NCBI GenBank assembly: GCA_963845065.1
Contig: CAWJQQ010000002.1
Location: 160,001 to 224,000 of the forward strand
Direction: 5' to 3'
Length of the DNA stretch: 64,000 bases
Source: Nitrospirota bacterium
Lineage (GTDB): Bacteria > Nitrospirota > UBA9217
Part shown: one piece after another, positions 59,500 through 64,000 of the stretch
Layout of the letters: every line of letters starts with the position of its first letter
How positions within the stretch are numbered: position 1 is the stretch's first letter
The notes under the pieces: model-generated
What the model was told of the DNA's origin: nothing
Database searches by the model: none
Seen by the model: the letters and a program-made list of their open reading frames with translations, nothing else
Made by a program: the position numbers and the translations under genes

Positions 59500-60936
59500 T
59501 CATGATTGCGGGAAATATTTGTTCAGGCTTGCCAGATATTCAAGGGCTTCGGTGCGGGTTGTAAGCGAACCCACTGCTTGACGCTCTTTGATCTCTTCCA
59601 ATATATCACGGAATTGCGGCCCCGGCTTCAGGCCCAGCCTTATCAAATCGTTCCCGGTCACAAGCGGTGTAGCCTCCACCTTTAAAAACTTCGCGTAGTA
59701 GTAGTCGAGCACAGCAGCCATGGACTTCTCTGTGTCCATGAATCTCCCCTTCGACATGATCTCGTATGTTGCACGGGCATCGGCCTGCGCAAGGACTAAG
59801 CTCTCGGGCAGTGCATCACCGAGGTCACGACAGTAGCGATACAGCGCGTTCTTGCTCGGTCCGCCGGGAGTGGAGAGATTAAATAGCCTCATATGCTGTT
59901 TAATGATCCCGGTGACGAGCTTCTCCGTGTCCCGTGACAACCTGAGGCGCCTGCATACAAGGGCGGCTTTCTGCGAACCTAAGCTGTCATGGCCGCGAAA
60001 GTGTACGCGACCATCTGTATTTGTAAACGTGTCAGGCTTCGCCATGTCATGCAGCAGGCAGGAAAAGCGAAGTGCTGCCTTGCGTGGAACCAAATGCTCG
60101 GCGTTTTCTTCGAGGTGCATAAGCAGCGCTGTGGCGTGTTCCGGCGATATTCTTTGCAGATCATCGAGAACGCTGTCCACATATCCGGTTGTCTTGATCA
60201 CGTGAGTTAAGACATCATGGATACGGTACATCCCGGGCGCGAATCCCCGGAGCGGCTCAAGTTCCGGCAGAATCCGGGACAGCAGACCTAATGAATCTAG
60301 AAGTTGTAGATGTTTCACCGCGTTCCGCTCAGCAAGGATGAGAAAAAGCTCATCTCGAATTCGTTCCGGTGCAGGTTCTAAAATAAGTGTTGATCTCCTG
60401 CGAATATGTTCGGCTGTTCCCTCTTCAATAGTAAATCCAAGTGTCGCGACAAACCGAACTGCACGCAACAGCCTGAGCGGATCTTCATCTAGAGCACCTG
60501 GATGCGTTGCGCGGATCAGCTCATTTTTAACATCTTCCTTCCCTTGGAATAGGTCTATCAGACCGTCAAGAGACTTGTTTATGACGAATGCCCGCAAATC
60601 GAGCGCCATGGCATTCATGGTGAAGTCCCTCCGTCCAAGATCGGCATTCAGATCCGGGCCTTCGAAGTTTGTAAAATCAAACTGAATAAATCCGCCATCT
60701 GCTTGTTTTACGACGCGGGTACTCTTTCGCTCTTCATCGAGGAAGAAAAAACTGCCTGTGATCGAATCAGCAAATCGACGTGCAACGGATTCAGAACCAG
60801 AGGGCATCAGAACATCGATGTCCTTAATGTCTTGTTTGCCGAGCAGCAGGTCGCGGATTGAGCCGCCAACGAGGTAGATTTTCTGGGAAGTAAAAGGGAT
60901 GAGATGCGAAAGGTATGTCAGCGTCTGAGATAACAT
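59500..60936 (-). CDS. CCA-adding tRNA nucleotidyltransferase / poly(A) polymerase family with HD domain
   Basis: YLVGGSIRD, DID, RRDFTMNAMA, EDPLRLLRA.RF, ERI.DEL, LLHD. Confidence 0.9.
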   Translation of the reverse strand: MLSQTLTYLSHLIPFTSQKIYLVGGSIRDLLLGKQDIKDIDVLMPSGSESVARRFADSITGSFFFLDEERKSTRVVKQADGGFIQFDFTNFEGPDLNADLGRRDFTMNAMALDLRAFVINKSLDGLIDLFQGKEDVKNELIRATHPGALDEDPLRLLRAVRFVATLGFTIEEGTAEHIRRRSTLILEPAPERIRDELFLILAERNAVKHLQLLDSLGLLSRILPELEPLRGFAPGMYRIHDVLTHVIKTTGYVDSVLDDLQRISPEHATALLMHLEENAEHLVPRKAALRFSCLLHDMAKPDTFTNTDGRVHFRGHDSLGSQKAALVCRRLRLSRDTEKLVTGIIKQHMRLFNLSTPGGPSKNALYRYCRDLGDALPESLVLAQADARATYEIMSKGRFMDTEKSMAAVLDYYYAKFLKVEATPLVTGNDLIRLGLKPGPQFRDILEEIKERQAVGSLTTRTEALEYLASLNKYFPQS

Positions 60937-60989
60937 AATTTTGATCTATTATACCCGATTTTAGCGGCTTGTTCGAGATCCAACAAAAC

Positions 60990-61311
60990 GCTTCAGGCAA
61001 TCCGATGAATGTAGTGGATATGGATTGTTCAGTACCTCCCATAGCCTCGGAAAAGACAAGGCGGCAAGCCGTTTCAGCGCTTCGCCGAGGCAAGGCATTA
61101 TATAGGTTGCGGCCAGCATCGAGCCGGATATCAAACATGCGAATTTCTTTTGTGTTGTTTTACGCTGAAACTCGTGGATAAAATAAGGTGTTCTTTGCTT
61201 CTTCCTGCCATGTGTAGCTATTATAGCACATGAATGAACATTTGTATAGTTTGCCCTAAGACCCGCTTTCATCCCTATGGCTAAAACCAGTGACTTTGCG
61301 CGGAGTTTTCG
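60990..61311 (-). pseudogene. IS605 left end with frameshifted 5' tnpB relic
   Basis: TTGC|14 nt|AAAG-hairpin left end; fragments TPYFIHEFQ, FDIRLDAGRNLYNA and CLGEALKRL in different frames match the TnpB N-terminus. Confidence 0.8.
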
Positions 61312-61326
61312 GCAATTCAAAGGTCT

Positions 61327-62244
61327 TTATTTGGTCAGTTTTGCAGTAAAGGCGGGAATGAACTGCATAACATCGGCCACCACCATCACGTCTGCTACTT
61401 CTCCGATGGGTGCGTCCTTATCCTTGTTTATGGCAACTATAAACTCAGAATTCTTCATGCCGGCCAAATGCTGGATGGCCCCAGAAATGCCACACGCCAC
61501 GTAGACCTTTGGCGCTACGGTCTGGCCTGTGGTTCCAACCTGGTGGCTATGCTCAAGCCATCCCGCATCTACCACCGGACGGCTTGCTCCGAGCTGTCCA
61601 CCAAGGGCCTTGGCCAGCGCAGCGATTGTTGCGACATTTTCTTTTTTGCCGACACCCCTGCCGGCGCTGACGATTACCTCTGCGCGCGATAAGTCCACTT
61701 CCTTTTTCTGTGCCGGCTCATAGCCAACGAATTCCAAAGCCGAACCAGCGTCGGCGAGTTCGACCTTTTCCACCTGTGGAACCCCCTGCGCTTCCCCCGT
61801 GAAGTTAAAGACCCCCGCTTGAATGGTGAGGACGGTCTTCTCCGTGTGAGAAATGACGGTGCGCCGCAGTTTGGCATTGCAGAGGCTGAGCTCATATTTC
61901 CCCTCGTTGATGCCGACGATTTCGGAAACTTGTCCAGCCTTGAGCGCCACGCCTACACGTGGGGCCAGGTCCCAACCGTAGGAGGAATGGACAAAGACGA
62001 CGCAGTCGGGGTTTTCCCGCTTGACTGCTTCAAGCACAATTTTCTTGTGCAGGTCCGGATTATATTCTCCGTATTTCGCGGCATCAGCAAAATAGAGCTT
62101 GCCATTGACCCTGGGGATTTCTGCTTCGCTCCCTATCAGAACCATGGCCCTATCAGCACCCAGCTTGTCGGCAAACGCTACGAGTTCATAGCTGGAAGCA
62201 AGAAGTTTCTTTTCACGGTATTCAAAAACCAGCAGTGCTTTCAT
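61327..62244 (-). CDS. etfA: Electron transfer flavoprotein alpha subunit
   Basis: [37 protein letters not shown]. Confidence 0.96.
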   Translation of the reverse strand: MKALLVFEYREKKLLASSYELVAFADKLGADRAMVLIGSEAEIPRVNGKLYFADAAKYGEYNPDLHKKIVLEAVKRENPDCVVFVHSSYGWDLAPRVGVALKAGQVSEIVGINEGKYELSLCNAKLRRTVISHTEKTVLTIQAGVFNFTGEAQGVPQVEKVELADAGSALEFVGYEPAQKKEVDLSRAEVIVSAGRGVGKKENVATIAALAKALGGQLGASRPVVDAGWLEHSHQVGTTGQTVAPKVYVACGISGAIQHLAGMKNSEFIVAINKDKDAPIGEVADVMVVADVMQFIPAFTAKLTK

Positions 62245-62254
62245 GTCGATCCCC

Positions 62255-63031
62255 CTATTTCACTACCGTGGTTTTATCTTTTAAAATGCCTAAGAGCCGC
62301 TCAGCCATTTCGTTCACATCACCCTCGAGGAGAATGCCGCTCCCCTTCCTTGTGGGCGTATATGCTCTAGTCGTGGAAGTCAGTTCCTTCACCTGAAGGA
62401 AGTCGGTAACGGGTAAGGTGAGGAGTTCCTTCTTCTTGGCCTTCATGATATTTGGAAGGGTCGGATAGCGGGGCGTATTCAGCCCGAGCTGGCATGTTAC
62501 CAGCGCTGGCAGACTGAATTTCACCACCCCTTTCACCCCGCCTTCAAGTTCCCGCTTTGCAGTAATGACTTTGTTGTTAATGGCAAAACCGACAACGGTA
62601 GTGACGCAAGTGATGCCTAAGAGTTCTGCCAGGATAGCCCCCACCTGAGCGGAACCGCGGTCTTGGGACTGCATGCCAGTGAAGATGAGTTCGAAGTTTT
62701 TATCCCGGGCAAATTCGGCTATTGTGGAGGCTATCTGCCATGGATCCTTGCCGTAGGCAGCATTGTCCCGTATATGAACTCCCCGGTCGCACCCCATAGC
62801 CAGGGCCTTCTTGATAAGCTCGATGACCCGATCAGGTCCTATGGAGAGGACGGTAATGTCTGTCTCATTGCCGAGATGTTCCTTGAGCTGCACCGCCTGC
62901 TCAACGGCATATTCATCATACTCGTTCATCCTGAAAGCCAGATCGACCTCATCATACCAGATGCCGTTCCCGGTTACCTTAAACCTGGATGCCATATCGG
63001 GCACCTGCTTGATACAAACTAATATCTTCAT
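62255..63031 (-). CDS. etfB: Electron transfer flavoprotein beta subunit
   Basis: MKILVCIKQVPD, ALAMGCD, PRYPTL. Confidence 0.96.
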   Translation of the reverse strand: MKILVCIKQVPDMASRFKVTGNGIWYDEVDLAFRMNEYDEYAVEQAVQLKEHLGNETDITVLSIGPDRVIELIKKALAMGCDRGVHIRDNAAYGKDPWQIASTIAEFARDKNFELIFTGMQSQDRGSAQVGAILAELLGITCVTTVVGFAINNKVITAKRELEGGVKGVVKFSLPALVTCQLGLNTPRYPTLPNIMKAKKKELLTLPVTDFLQVKELTSTTRAYTPTRKGSGILLEGDVNEMAERLLGILKDKTTVVK

Positions 63032-63032
63032 G

Positions 63033-64000
63033 TTATCCTCCGATTCTTGCGGCAACAATCTCGGCCAGATCAAGCGCCTTCAATTTTCCTTCACAGTCAC
63101 CGGTTTTTATCCCATCCTCAATCATGGTGAGGCAGAAGGGACAGTTGGAGACAAGCAGCGGGGTGCGCGTTGCCTGGGCCATTTTTATCCGTGCAACGTT
63201 GATTCTCGTCCCCAGTTTCTCCTCGGCCAGGATCCTGCCGCCGCCTGCGCCGCAGCAGAAACTCTCATACCCTGACAGATCCATCTCAGTGATTTGTCCA
63301 CCGGCTGCCTTAAGAACAGCGCGTGGTTCTTCGATGATATCCCTGTAGCGCCCCAAGTAGCAGGAGTCATGGTAGGTGAACTCGAACGGCTGCGGTTTGA
63401 GCTTCAGCCTGTTGCCGCTGATCAGACCGTTGACGAACGTGCTATAGTGCTCAACATTAATATCCAGCCCCAAGTCCTTGTAATCTCGGCCAAGGGTATT
63501 GAAGCAGTGGGGGCATGTCGTGACGATCTTCTTTACCCCGTATCGCTTGATTCCTTCAATGTTCCCGGCCGCCACCGTCTGATAGAGATATTCGTTCCCC
63601 ATTTTTCGCGCCGGTTCACCGCAGCATTTCTCTTCCTTGCCCAAGATGCCGACCCGGATGTGTGCTGCATTGCAGATCTCAACGAAGCACCGGGCAATTT
63701 CCCGGTTCCTCTTGTCAAAAGAAGCATAACAACCAACGAAGTATAGCACATCCACGTCGCTGTCCTGCTCCATTATTTTCACTTCAAGCCCGTCTGCCCA
63801 CTCGCCGCGGCTGGCGAAGGCGAGTCCGAAGGGGTTGCCGTTCACCTCGATATTGCTTAGGGCTGTCCGAACTTCGTCGCCAGGGAAGGAACCCTGCATA
63901 AGAGCGAGATTGCGGCGCATTTCGAGAATCTTGTTCACTTGCTCGATATTTGCAGGGCATATCTCCTGGCAGGCGCGGCAGGTGGTGCAGGCCCAGATGG
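63033..64000 (-). CDS. Fe-S oxidoreductase with CCG domains (HdrD/FadF-like), 5' part outside the window
   Basis: IWACTTCRACQEICP ferredoxin motif at the window edge, two CCG motifs, CPHC, YHDSCYLGR. Confidence 0.9.
   Translation of the reverse strand, partial: IWACTTCRACQEICPANIEQVNKILEMRRNLALMQGSFPGDEVRTALSNIEVNGNPFGLAFASRGEWADGLEVKIMEQDSDVDVLYFVGCYASFDKRNREIARCFVEICNAAHIRVGILGKEEKCCGEPARKMGNEYLYQTVAAGNIEGIKRYGVKKIVTTCPHCFNTLGRDYKDLGLDINVEHYSTFVNGLISGNRLKLKPQPFEFTYHDSCYLGRYRDIIEEPRAVLKAAGGQITEMDLSGYESFCCGAGGGRILAEEKLGTRINVARIKMAQATRTPLLVSNCPFCLTMIEDGIKTGDCEGKLKALDLAEIVAARIGG

Overview
Bacterial chromosomal segment from a probable anaerobe (Nitrospirota/Desulfobacterota-like by gene content; this is inference). 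No rRNA, tRNA or CRISPR array was recognised. Left part (0.5-18 kb): an FmdB-type zinc-ribbon gene whose UGA is followed by a SECIS-like hairpin, a lipoate ligase, and a two-component cascade (HK, RR, hybrid HK, sigma54 activator). A -24/-12 promoter then precedes two stand-alone receivers and an RpoS-like sigma factor, followed by AsnC-like, csp and pepN genes. Middle (17.8-30 kb, minus strand): a CheB-CheR-PAS-GAF histidine kinase, an IS605 element (tnpA+tnpB), then a corrinoid protein, an MtaA/CmuA-family methyltransferase with an altered zinc motif, a [2Fe-2S]-domain histidine kinase and a response regulator. This corrinoid/kinase block is the best candidate for an undescribed system. 30.7-42.5 kb: a sigma54-controlled nitrogen island with a porin, an APC permease, a PP2C/Ser-Thr kinase fusion, amtB and two PII paralogues lacking Tyr51. 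Three promoters there share one upstream motif, and a tnpB-only element lies inside. Right part: a type II secretion cluster gspC-N, NamZ plus a MurU-AmgK fusion, a CCA/poly(A) nucleotidyltransferase, and etfAB with a CCG-domain oxidoreductase cut by the window edge. IS200/IS605-type end hairpins, relics and miniature derivatives are scattered throughout. Nine clustered +1 insertions at 38.0-39.9 kb are probably sequencing errors.
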